Shown here: positions 30,389 to 38,739 of the stretch, in pieces
How positions within the stretch are numbered: the first letter of the stretch is position 1
Layout: every line of letters begins with the position of its first letter
Source of the DNA: Candidatus Kapaibacterium sp.
GTDB lineage: Bacteria; Bacteroidota; Ignavibacteria; Palsa-1295
Direction: 5' to 3'
Length of the DNA stretch: 64,000 nucleotides
Assembly: GCA_035632315.1 (NCBI GenBank)
Contig: DASQGZ010000010.1
Coordinates: 45,524-109,523, forward strand
Position numbers and translations under genes: made by a program
Notes under the pieces: model-generated
What the model saw: the letters and a program-made list of their open reading frames with translations, nothing else
What the model was told of the DNA's origin: nothing
The model's database searches: none

Positions 30389-30421
30389 AAGGGCTGAAAT
30401 TTCTCAGCCCTTTTTTATTTT
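30389..30421 (+). terminator. rho-independent terminator after rplA
   Basis: GGGCTGAAATTTCTCAGCCC hairpin followed by TTTTTTATTTT. Confidence 0.85.
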
Positions 30422-30826
30422 ATGGCAGGATATTCAGGAACGCCGCTCGTTAAAAAGCTCGGCATCAAAGCCGGGATGAAAATTTCTGTCGTTGGTGCGC
30501 CGGAAGAATTCTGGAAAGAGCTTGGCGAGATGCCGGAAGTGAAGGCAACTGAGAAGCCGACAAAAGAAATGGATTTCATTCTGTTCTTTTCGGATTCAAA
30601 AAAAATGTTCGAGAAACATTTTTCGAAGTTTAGAGACGCGCTTTCTACAAGTGGCATGCTCTGGATCAGCTGGCCGAAGAAAGCTTCGAAAATCGCGACA
30701 GACCTGAATGAAAATATTATCCGCAACTTCGGACTGGCGAATGGGCTTGTCGATGTCAAAGTCTGTGCGGTTACTGATAAGTGGTCGGGGCTGAAGTTCG
30801 TGTATCGCCTGAAAGACCGCGTATAA
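30422..30826 (+). CDS. DUF3052-like small protein
   Basis: 134 aa. 'MAGYSGTPLVKKLGIKAGMKISVVGAPEEF' resembles the DUF3052 N-terminus. Assigned from memory of the family consensus. Confidence 0.5.
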   Translation: MAGYSGTPLVKKLGIKAGMKISVVGAPEEFWKELGEMPEVKATEKPTKEMDFILFFSDSKKMFEKHFSKFRDALSTSGMLWISWPKKASKIATDLNENIIRNFGLANGLVDVKVCAVTDKWSGLKFVYRLKDRV

Positions 30827-30859
30827 ACTTTTGCCATAAAGAATGATGTTGCTCTGCAT

Positions 30860-30956
30860 TCGATTCTGCAATAGCAACACGGAATTCGACGGACTGTGAC
30901 GGATGTCCACGGAATTTCCATATTGATCCGTCGTATTCCGTCAAATTCCGTGTACC
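30860..30956. promoter_or_regulatory. nested inverted repeats rich in CGGAAT/ATTCCG upstream of aspS
   Basis: Outer 17-bp inverted repeat ACACGGAATTCGACGGA ... TCCGTCAAATTCCGTGT (one mismatch) enclosing inner GACGGAT...ATCCGTC arms and a CCACGGAATTTCC core. Ends about 20 nt before the aspS start. Confidence 0.35.
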
Positions 30957-30972
30957 TATTCTAAGTATAATA

Positions 30973-32745
30973 ATGAATATTCCAACGCGCACGCATTACG
31001 CAGGCGAACTTCGCCCCACGCATATCGGAGAACGAGTAACGATTAACGGTTGGATAGATTCTAACCGCGACATGGGCAGCTTGCTGTTTTTCGATATTCG
31101 CGATCGCGCCGGCAAGGTTCAGTGTGTCATCGAGCCAAGCGATGCGACAATGTTTCTCTATGAAGAAGGAAAGAAATTTCGTTCCGAGTTTGTCGTCAGT
31201 ATTGAAGGCACGGTTCGTAAGCGCTCGAACCCAAATTCGAAGATACCGACAGGTGAGATAGAAATTCTCGTCGAATCGATCATTATCTTGAATGAAGCAG
31301 AAGTACCTCCATTCGTCATTGAAGAAGAAGTCAAAGCGAACGAAGACCTGCGCCTAAAATATCGTTATCTCGACCTTCGCCGCCCGAGTTTACAGAAGAA
31401 TTTGATGATCCGCCACCGGATCACGAAATCCATTCGCGATCATTTCGATGCGCGCGGCTTCATCGAGATCGAAACGCCGATGCTGATGAAAGCAACACCG
31501 GAAGGTGCGCGCGATTTTCTTGTGCCGAGCCGTCTTCATCCGGGTGAATTTTATGCACTTCCACAATCGCCGCAGATATATAAGCAGATATTAATGGTGG
31601 CGGGGCTTGACAAATATTTCCAGATCGTTAAATGTTTCCGTGATGAAGACCTTCGCGCCGACCGCCAGCCGGAGTTCACGCAGCTTGACGTAGAGATGAG
31701 CTTCCCGGATGAAGAGATGGTTTATGATGTCATGGAAAGCTGTTTGCGGAAAGTGTGGGGCGATGTCGGATACGAACTACCGAAGTTTTTGCGCTATTCA
31801 TACAAAGAAGTAATGGAGCGTTTCGGTTCGGACAAACCTGACCTTAGATATAAACTTGAGATCATTATGCTCACAGAAAAACTTCGCGGAAAAACAGAGT
31901 TTAAAGTCTTCAATGATGTTCTGCAAAAAAAACAGGGCACGATCGGCGCTGTCGTTGTGCCGGGCGGAGCCGCGTGGAGCCGCAAACAAATTGACGAGCT
32001 GACCGAACTTGCGAAAAAGTATGGAGCGGGCGGTCTTGTGTGGCTGAAGAAGACTGATTCCGGAATAGATTCGAGTGCAAAGAAATTTCTTACTGAGGAA
32101 CTTCATTCTGAGATTGCTGAAGCTTGCGCAATGAAAGCGGGCGATATGGCGCTGATTGCTTGCCACGAAAAATGGAGCAGGGCATACACAATTCTTGGTG
32201 CAATTCGCATTGAGATCGCAAAGCGTCTCGAACTCACTAAGGGGAAACAATTCGAGTTTGTGCCGCTGTGGGTTGTCAACTTTCCCATGTTTGAGCTTGA
32301 CGAAGAAAGCGGCAATTACAATGCTATGCATCACCCGTTCACATCGCCGGTTGTTGAAGATTGGGAAAATAGAACGGAAGACCTAGCGGCGATTCGTGCG
32401 CGTGCGTATGATATAGTTGTCAACGGCTATGAACTCGGGTCCGGCTCGATCAGAATTCACGACCGGAAATTGCAGTCGGAAGTCTTCGATATGCTCGGCC
32501 TTTCAAAAGCCGAGCAAGAAAAGAAATTCGGGTTTATGCTTGACGCATTCAGATATGGCGCGCCGCCGCACGGAGGAATGGCACTTGGTATTGACCGCAT
32601 CGCCATGCTCTGTGCAGCAACGGATAATATCCGCGACGTGATTGCATTCCCGAAGACGACGTCAATGCAAGGCTTGATGGAAGATTGTCCTTCACCGATC
32701 GACCCGAAGCAGCTTGCCGAACTGAAGATTTCGATCAAAAATTAA
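30973..32745 (+). CDS. aspS: aspartyl-tRNA synthetase
   Basis: 590 aa. Class II aaRS motifs (FRDEDLRADRQPEFTQLD; GGMALGIDRI) and an N-terminal OB anticodon-binding domain. Confidence 0.95.
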   Translation: MNIPTRTHYAGELRPTHIGERVTINGWIDSNRDMGSLLFFDIRDRAGKVQCVIEPSDATMFLYEEGKKFRSEFVVSIEGTVRKRSNPNSKIPTGEIEILVESIIILNEAEVPPFVIEEEVKANEDLRLKYRYLDLRRPSLQKNLMIRHRITKSIRDHFDARGFIEIETPMLMKATPEGARDFLVPSRLHPGEFYALPQSPQIYKQILMVAGLDKYFQIVKCFRDEDLRADRQPEFTQLDVEMSFPDEEMVYDVMESCLRKVWGDVGYELPKFLRYSYKEVMERFGSDKPDLRYKLEIIMLTEKLRGKTEFKVFNDVLQKKQGTIGAVVVPGGAAWSRKQIDELTELAKKYGAGGLVWLKKTDSGIDSSAKKFLTEELHSEIAEACAMKAGDMALIACHEKWSRAYTILGAIRIEIAKRLELTKGKQFEFVPLWVVNFPMFELDEESGNYNAMHHPFTSPVVEDWENRTEDLAAIRARAYDIVVNGYELGSGSIRIHDRKLQSEVFDMLGLSKAEQEKKFGFMLDAFRYGAPPHGGMALGIDRIAMLCAATDNIRDVIAFPKTTSMQGLMEDCPSPIDPKQLAELKISIKN

Positions 32746-32787
32746 TCCGCGAACATCCGCAGAGATCTGCGTTATCCGCGTGCCATT

Positions 32788-33600
32788 ATGCGCGTTTCAA
32801 TTCAAAAGAATTATTCAAGAGAGGCAATTTCTCACTTCACCGGATTGAGGTTGCCTCAGTCAGGCGATCATTTTATCATCGAAACAGATAAAGTTGTCAC
32901 ATCCCTGCTTGAATCGCAACTTGAGGTCATTTCACTTTTTCTGACCGAAGAATATTTCAATAAGAAGCGAGCATTGATCGAGGCACATTCTCAAGATGCA
33001 GAAGCGGCAGTCTTTCTTGCACCGAAAAATGAGATGGAGCAGATCGTCGGATTTGCTCTTCATCAAGGAATAATGGCGGCAGCAAAAATTCCGCGGGAAT
33101 GTTCTCTTGATGAAATAATTCACAAGAGTACCAAGCCGGTTCTTCTTGTCATTCTTGATGAGATAGCCGACGCAGAAAATATGGGGGCGATCTACCGGAC
33201 AGCACTTGCAATGGGTGCTTCGGCAATTCTCATCGATAATCGAAGTATCAGCCCGTGGATTCGTCGTGCAGTTCGTGTTTCGATGGGAGCGGTATTCGAT
33301 CTGCCGACAATAACCGTTGATTCATTGCTTAATGCCATCGAGCAAATTAAGAATTCGAATATCTCTGTTTATGCAACGACGATTAGTGCAAATGCACAAT
33401 CACTATGGTCTGTTGATCTCACAAAAGATGTAGCATTGATATTTGGCTCGGAAGGGTATGGTATTAAAGACAATGTTATCTCATCGGCTGATGCTGAAAT
33501 AACATTTCCTATGCCGGTAGGTATTGATTCGCTTAACGTTGCGATCACAGAAGGGGTCTTCTTGTACGAGGTTGCTCGTCAGCGAAAGATTAATAGTTAG
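32788..33600 (+). CDS. TrmH/SpoU-family RNA 2'-O-methyltransferase
   Basis: SPOUT motifs: 'LDEIADAENMGAIYRTALAMGA', 'LIFGSEGYGI', 'IPM...DSLNVAI'. Confidence 0.8.
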   Translation: MRVSIQKNYSREAISHFTGLRLPQSGDHFIIETDKVVTSLLESQLEVISLFLTEEYFNKKRALIEAHSQDAEAAVFLAPKNEMEQIVGFALHQGIMAAAKIPRECSLDEIIHKSTKPVLLVILDEIADAENMGAIYRTALAMGASAILIDNRSISPWIRRAVRVSMGAVFDLPTITVDSLLNAIEQIKNSNISVYATTISANAQSLWSVDLTKDVALIFGSEGYGIKDNVISSADAEITFPMPVGIDSLNVAITEGVFLYEVARQRKINS

Positions 33601-33951
33601 TCATAATCATCCGAGTGCGTCACAGCCAGTTTCCTGCAGCCGTTCTTCTTTCATAAGTTTTATTAGTCACTATGAAACAAGGGCACTATGAGAACACTGT
33701 TGATAATTATTATTCTGCTTCCGGCGACGCATCCAACGTTGTTTAATATAGCGATGGCTCTCGTCGAGGAGATATAAGCAGAGAAAAAATGTCAAAAAGC
33801 GCCGATTATTCGGCGTTTTTTGTTTTGGACGGGTAATTCGGTCGAAATCTCTCAAAAAAGGAACTTTCTTACCTTAAAAAGGCTTATTACCCCGCTCAAA
33901 ATACCGCGATTTTCAAGTGCGGTAACTTATTATTTTCTGAGGAGAACGAAC

Positions 33952-34410
33952 GTGTCGAAGAAGAAAAATACGTATGCGCTCAAGACCTATAGCGCCAAAG
34001 AAGGCGAACTCAAGCGCGATTGGTATGTAGTCGATGCCGACGGCCAGACGGTCGGCCGCCTTGCAACACAGGTCGCCAGCGTCCTGCGCGGCAAGCATAA
34101 AGCAGCGTTCACTCCGCACGTTGATACCGGCGATTTTGTCGTTGTGATCAACGCAGAAAAAATTAAACTTACCGGGAAGCGCGAAGACCAGAAAGAGTAC
34201 TTCCGTAATACGCAATATCCGGGTGGCGCGCGGTTCGTAAAATTTAAAGATATGCGCTCCGAGCATCCCGATCGTATCGTCGAGCATGCTGTCAAAGGAA
34301 TGCTTCCGAAGAATTCGCTTGGCCGCCGTGTCGGTATGAAGCTGAAAGTTTATGCCGGTGCCGAGCACCCGCATGCAGCACAGCAGCCGAAATCACTCAA
34401 GTTAGTATAA
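33952..34410 (+). CDS. rplM: 50S ribosomal protein L13
   Basis: GTG start with GAGGAG RBS. '..[49 protein letters not shown]' is canonical L13. The track ORF extends further upstream to 33820 but lacks homology there. Confidence 0.9.
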   Translation: MSKKKNTYALKTYSAKEGELKRDWYVVDADGQTVGRLATQVASVLRGKHKAAFTPHVDTGDFVVVINAEKIKLTGKREDQKEYFRNTQYPGGARFVKFKDMRSEHPDRIVEHAVKGMLPKNSLGRRVGMKLKVYAGAEHPHAAQQPKSLKLV

Positions 34411-34432
34411 TTTTAGCAGGTAATTTTCTTCA

Positions 34433-34840
34433 ATGGCAAAACATCACGCAGTAATCACCGTCGGCCGCCGCAAGAATGCAGTTGCCCGCGTTCATCTGAC
34501 ACCCATCACCGATGGGAAGGGAATGAACATTGAGATCAATGGGAAGACATTCGAAAAGTTTTTCCCCAACGAGATCCATCGCGAGGACGTCGTTCGTCCG
34601 CTCAAGGCAACAGGTCAGTACGGTAATTACAGTGTGAACGCCAATGTCGTTGGCGGCGGAACAAGCGGGCAAGCAGGCGCGGTGCGTCTTGCGATCGCAC
34701 ATTCGCTTGTCGGCCTCAATGAGGAATTTCGTGCAATGCTTCGCAAAGAAGATCTGATGACGCGCGACCCGAGAATGGTCGAACGCAAAAAGCCCGGGCA
34801 GCCGAAAGCGCGCAAGAGATTCCAGTTCTCGAAGCGTTAA
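34433..34840 (+). CDS. rpsI: 30S ribosomal protein S9
   Basis: '..GRRKNAVARV.L..G.G.I.ING' and C-terminal '..RKPGQPKARKRFQFSKR' are canonical S9. Confidence 0.95.
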   Translation: MAKHHAVITVGRRKNAVARVHLTPITDGKGMNIEINGKTFEKFFPNEIHREDVVRPLKATGQYGNYSVNANVVGGGTSGQAGAVRLAIAHSLVGLNEEFRAMLRKEDLMTRDPRMVERKKPGQPKARKRFQFSKR

Positions 34841-34974
34841 AAGTTTCTGGCCACTGGTCCCTGACCATAGGCCACTGTTTTAAAACCATATATATCTTCG
34901 TTAATTGCACCGGTGGTGCTCGCTGCGGTGAGTTTCGGTGCGAGAAGGTATAGAGAATATTAAACCAAACAACC

Positions 34975-35754
34975 ATGAGAATTCAATTAGACGACCTTTT
35001 AGCGGCCGGTGCACATTTCGGCCATCTGACCCGCCGTTGGAATCCGAAGATGAAGCCATATATCTTCATGGAACGCAACGGTATCCACATTATCGATCTC
35101 AATAAGACACAGCAGCTTGCTGAGGAAGCCCTGGCAACTGCCGAGAAGCTTGCTGCAGAAGGAAAGCGTTTCCTGTTCGTTGCGACAAAAAAGCAGCTCC
35201 GCCAAGCTGTCAAGGACGAAGCCATCCGATGCGGACAGTATTTTGCGGTTGACCGCTGGCCCGGTGGAATGCTGACTAATTTTACGACCATTCGCAAATC
35301 CATCAAGCGTTTGCAGCAACTCGATAAAATGGAAGAGGATGGCTCGATCGAGAATTACACAAAGAAAGAGCAGCTCCTGTTTTCGCGCGAGAAAATAAAG
35401 CTAACGGCAACGCTCGGCGGTATTGCCGACATGCGCGGGCTTCCGGGTGCGATGATCATCATCGACATTAAGAAGGAGCATATTGCTGTTAAAGAAGCGC
35501 GCACGCTCGGTATTCCGATCTTTGCGCTTGTCGATACGAACGTCGATCCGGACCTTGCAGATTTTCCGATACCGGCCAATGACGATGCGCTTCGCTCGGT
35601 ACAGCTCTTCGTTCACGCATTCGCCGATGCGATCACAATAGGCCGTGCTGCCGCGAAAGCCAAAAAGCTTGACGATTCGGCTTCGAAAGAGTTAGCGATG
35701 AAAGAAAACGACATCGAGGAGACCGAAGAGGTTACAGAAACAGTCGCGGCGTAA
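34975..35754 (+). CDS. rpsB: 30S ribosomal protein S2
   Basis: '[33 protein letters not shown]' is the canonical S2 N-terminus. Confidence 0.96.
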   Translation: MRIQLDDLLAAGAHFGHLTRRWNPKMKPYIFMERNGIHIIDLNKTQQLAEEALATAEKLAAEGKRFLFVATKKQLRQAVKDEAIRCGQYFAVDRWPGGMLTNFTTIRKSIKRLQQLDKMEEDGSIENYTKKEQLLFSREKIKLTATLGGIADMRGLPGAMIIIDIKKEHIAVKEARTLGIPIFALVDTNVDPDLADFPIPANDDALRSVQLFVHAFADAITIGRAAAKAKKLDDSASKELAMKENDIEETEEVTETVAA

Positions 35755-35852
35755 ACCCGTACACATTGATTCTTACAGATGACGGCGAGCCTCGAAATGA
35801 TCGCTCGCCGTTTTTAATTACAAAAAAAGTTTAATAAATCGAAAGTAGAATT

Positions 35853-36734
35853 ATGGCCATCAGTGCAGAATTAGTAAAGAAATTACGTGACCGTACCGGT
35901 GCCGGAATGGCGGATTGCAAAAAGGCGCTCGAAGAAGCAAACGGTAACGAAGAGCAAGCGATCGAGATCCTTCGCAAGAAGGGCGCTGCGAGCGCTGCAA
36001 AGCGGGCAGACCGCGTTGCCAAAGAAGGCGTGATCGTCGTCGCTGTTTCTGACGACAAACATAAAGCCGTTATTGCCGAAGTGAACTCCGAAACGGATTT
36101 CGTCGCCCGCAACGAATCGTTTGTTGAGTTTGCGCAAGACGTTGCTGATTCGGCTCTGAAGGCAAGCCCGAACTCGCACGAAGAATTTTTACTGTCAAAA
36201 CTTTCGTCCGGAATTACCATTTCCGAAGGCGTCGGAGAGCAGACGGGACGAATTGGCGAGAAGATCGAAGCCCGCCGTTTTGAACTTGTCGATTCCGGCA
36301 GCGGCGTTATTGCCAGCTACATTCACCCCGGCTCGAAGCTTGGTGTGCTTGTCGCACTGAAAGGCATTGATCCAAGCAAAGGCGCTTCACTCGGACGAGA
36401 CATTGCGATGCAGGTTGCGGCAATGAATCCGCTTGCGCTTAGCCGCAAAGATGTCGATGCCTCGACCGTCACCAAAGAGATGGATATTTTCCGCACCCAG
36501 CTCAAGAACGAAGGCAAGAAAGAAGAGATCGTCGAGCGCATCTTAGGCGGGAAGATGGATAAGTTCTATCAGGATAACGTCCTGCTCGAACAGAGCTTCA
36601 TCAAAGATGCTTCGAAAACCATTACCGATCTTCTCAAAGAAGCGGGCAATGGAGTCGAAGTGACCGGTTTTGTTCGGATGCAGCTTGGTGAAGGACATCA
36701 CCATCACGCTGAAGCCGAAGCACAGGCGGCATAA
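35853..36734 (+). CDS. tsf: translation elongation factor Ts (with C-terminal His-rich tail)
   Basis: 'SAELVKKLRDRTGAGMADCKKALEEANGN.EQAIEILRKKG' is the canonical EF-Ts UBA-like N-terminus. Ends '..GEGHHHHAEAEAQAA'. Confidence 0.95.
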   Translation: MAISAELVKKLRDRTGAGMADCKKALEEANGNEEQAIEILRKKGAASAAKRADRVAKEGVIVVAVSDDKHKAVIAEVNSETDFVARNESFVEFAQDVADSALKASPNSHEEFLLSKLSSGITISEGVGEQTGRIGEKIEARRFELVDSGSGVIASYIHPGSKLGVLVALKGIDPSKGASLGRDIAMQVAAMNPLALSRKDVDASTVTKEMDIFRTQLKNEGKKEEIVERILGGKMDKFYQDNVLLEQSFIKDASKTITDLLKEAGNGVEVTGFVRMQLGEGHHHHAEAEAQAA

Positions 36735-36756
36735 GAAAAGCTGTAACATTACACAT

Positions 36757-36790
36757 AGAGCATAGGTGGTTCGCCTATGCTCTTTTTTTA
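36757..36790 (+). terminator. rho-independent terminator after tsf
   Basis: AGAGCATAGG-TGGTTCG-CCTATGCTCT hairpin followed by TTTTTTT. Confidence 0.8.
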
Positions 36791-36855
36791 TGTTCTATGC
36801 TGTCTGCTTAAAATGACGTATTTTTGCACAACATTCGTGTTGTGAACAACCATAT

Positions 36856-37575
36856 ATGCCGCAAACACCGAAATATAAACGCATCCTGCTCAAGCTCTCG
36901 GGCGAGTCGCTGCTTGGCGACCGCGAATTCGGGATCGATCCTGCCGTGGTCTCACAATTCTCCGATGAAATTCTTGCGGTGCATAATCTCGGCGTTCAGG
37001 TTGCGATCGTCGTTGGCGGCGGCAATATCTATCGCGGCGTCGAGGACAGTGTGGACGGTGTGCAGAAAGTCCAGGGCGATTATATGGGAATGCTGGCGAC
37101 GATGATCAATGCTCTTGCCTTGCAAAATACGCTCGAAGCGAAAGGAGTTTATACGCGTCTTATCTCTGCGATCTCAATGACGCAGATCGCCGAGCCGTTC
37201 ATCAGACGCAGAGCAATTCGGCATCTGGAGAAAGGAAGAATCGTCATTTTTGGATCGGGCACCGGAAATCCGTATTTTACGACCGACACGGCAGCAGCGC
37301 TGCGAGCTTCGGAGATCGATGCAGACGTTGTACTCAAAGGTACGCGCGTCAATGGCATTTACGATGCTGACCCCGAGAAGAACCCGAATGCCCATCTGAT
37401 CTCGCAGATCACCTATGCCGATATGCTCAAGAAAGACCTGAGAGTAATGGATATGACGGCGATCACGCTCGCCCAAGAAAACAAGCTCCCCATCATCGTT
37501 TTTAATATGAACGAGCACGGAAATCTTATCCGGGTACTGACCGAGGACGGAGTTGGCTCGAAAGTTGTTATGTGA
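36856..37575 (+). CDS. pyrH: UMP kinase
   Basis: '[12 protein letters not shown]' and '[10 protein letters not shown]' are the amino-acid-kinase-family signatures of PyrH. Confidence 0.95.
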   Translation: MPQTPKYKRILLKLSGESLLGDREFGIDPAVVSQFSDEILAVHNLGVQVAIVVGGGNIYRGVEDSVDGVQKVQGDYMGMLATMINALALQNTLEAKGVYTRLISAISMTQIAEPFIRRRAIRHLEKGRIVIFGSGTGNPYFTTDTAAALRASEIDADVVLKGTRVNGIYDADPEKNPNAHLISQITYADMLKKDLRVMDMTAITLAQENKLPIIVFNMNEHGNLIRVLTEDGVGSKVVM

Positions 37576-37590
37576 TCTTTCCGAATAGTT

Positions 37591-38154
37591 ATGAATACGA
37601 TAAAAGAAATTCTTTCCGATTGCGACCACCGAATGTCAAAGGCGGTCGAGAGCTGCATCCATGAAATGTCGAAGCTGCGCACCGGGCGCGCATCAACCGC
37701 GTTGCTTGATGCAGTACGAGTCGATGCTTATGGTACACCAATGGCGCTAAATCAGGTGGCAAATGTTACAGTACCCGATGCGCATACGATCAATATCCAG
37801 GCATGGGATAAAGGCTTGATGGGTTCAATTGAAAAAGCGATCCTTGCTGCGAATCTTGGACTCAACCCGTCGAACGACGGCAATCTCATCCGTGTACCGA
37901 TGCCGAAGCTGACCGAAGAGCATCGCAAAGAGCTTGTCAAACTCGTCAAGAAACTCGGCGAGGAATCGAAAGTTTCGATCCGTAACGTCCGTCGCGATTC
38001 GATGGAGCACTTGAAGAAAGCCGAGAAAGCCGAACATTTCTCAGAAGACGAGCGCAAGCGCGGTGAGGATGAAGTTCAAAAAAGAACCGATGGCAAAGTC
38101 AAGGAGATCGATGCCCTCGTCGCCGCCAAGGAAAAAGACGTCATGGCGGTGTGA
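37591..38154 (+). CDS. frr: ribosome recycling factor
   Basis: 187 aa. 'LRTGRASTALLD.V.V.AYGTPMALNQVANV..PDA.TI.IQ.WDK' is canonical RRF. Confidence 0.95.
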   Translation: MNTIKEILSDCDHRMSKAVESCIHEMSKLRTGRASTALLDAVRVDAYGTPMALNQVANVTVPDAHTINIQAWDKGLMGSIEKAILAANLGLNPSNDGNLIRVPMPKLTEEHRKELVKLVKKLGEESKVSIRNVRRDSMEHLKKAEKAEHFSEDERKRGEDEVQKRTDGKVKEIDALVAAKEKDVMAV

Positions 38155-38219
38155 GAATTTATATTTGTGAGCAGGCGTTAGCCTGTACACGTTTTTTTTT
38201 ACCATTCAAATCAAGACCT

Positions 38220-38666
38220 ATGCGTAAACTGATGACACTTGTGTTAGCGCTTGTTTTTACGTGCGCGATGATCGTCCCATCCGGCGGGGCATATTCCAAG
38301 CCGGCCAATGATAAAGATAAGACTTCGAAGACCAGTAAGTCTTCGGATAAAGACAAAAAAGGCGATAAGAACAAAGACAAGTCCACCAAAGGAAAAGATA
38401 AAGCTGATAAAGCCGGCAAAGATAAAGCGAAGGACAAAGGGAAAACTAAAGCCGACAAAGGCAGCAAAGATAAATCCAAAGACAAGAGCAAAGATAAAGG
38501 CAAAGACAAAGGCGGCAAGTCAGACAAGGCCAGCAAAGGACCTGACAAAGGAGATAAAGTTGACAGTAAGTCAAAAGGCCCGAACGGAGAGAAAGTATAT
38601 ACCGGACCAAAAGGCGGCAAGTACTACATGAATAAGAGCGGTAACAAGACCTATATTAAGCAATAA
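38220..38666 (+). CDS. secreted lysine/aspartate-rich low-complexity protein (KDK repeats) with Tyr/Gly C-terminal module
   Basis: Signal peptide MRKLMTLVLALVFTCAMIVPSGGA. About 100 aa of (S/G)KDK repeats, then 'GEKVYTGPKGGKYYMNKSGNKTYIKQ'. Confidence 0.5.
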   Translation: MRKLMTLVLALVFTCAMIVPSGGAYSKPANDKDKTSKTSKSSDKDKKGDKNKDKSTKGKDKADKAGKDKAKDKGKTKADKGSKDKSKDKSKDKGKDKGGKSDKASKGPDKGDKVDSKSKGPNGEKVYTGPKGGKYYMNKSGNKTYIKQ

Positions 38667-38685
38667 GATGAAGTTATCTGTTTAA

Positions 38686-38722
38686 TAAAAAAAACCGCGG
38701 AAATTTTCCGCGGTTTTTTTTA
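38686..38722. terminator. bidirectional rho-independent terminator between convergent genes
   Basis: A9-CCGCGGAAATTTTCCGCGG-T9: a perfect palindromic stem with an A-tract on one side and a T-tract on the other. Confidence 0.85.
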
Positions 38723-38739
38723 TTCCTCTAAGTGTAATA

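Noticed and set aside
38159-38631. Alternative-frame ORFs (153 aa on the minus strand, 107 aa on the plus strand) over the KDK-repeat region
   Set aside because: Products of the AAG/GAC/AAA repeat read in other frames (poly-Leu/Ser/Pro or Lys/Thr/Arg runs). The frame with signal peptide and RBS is preferred.
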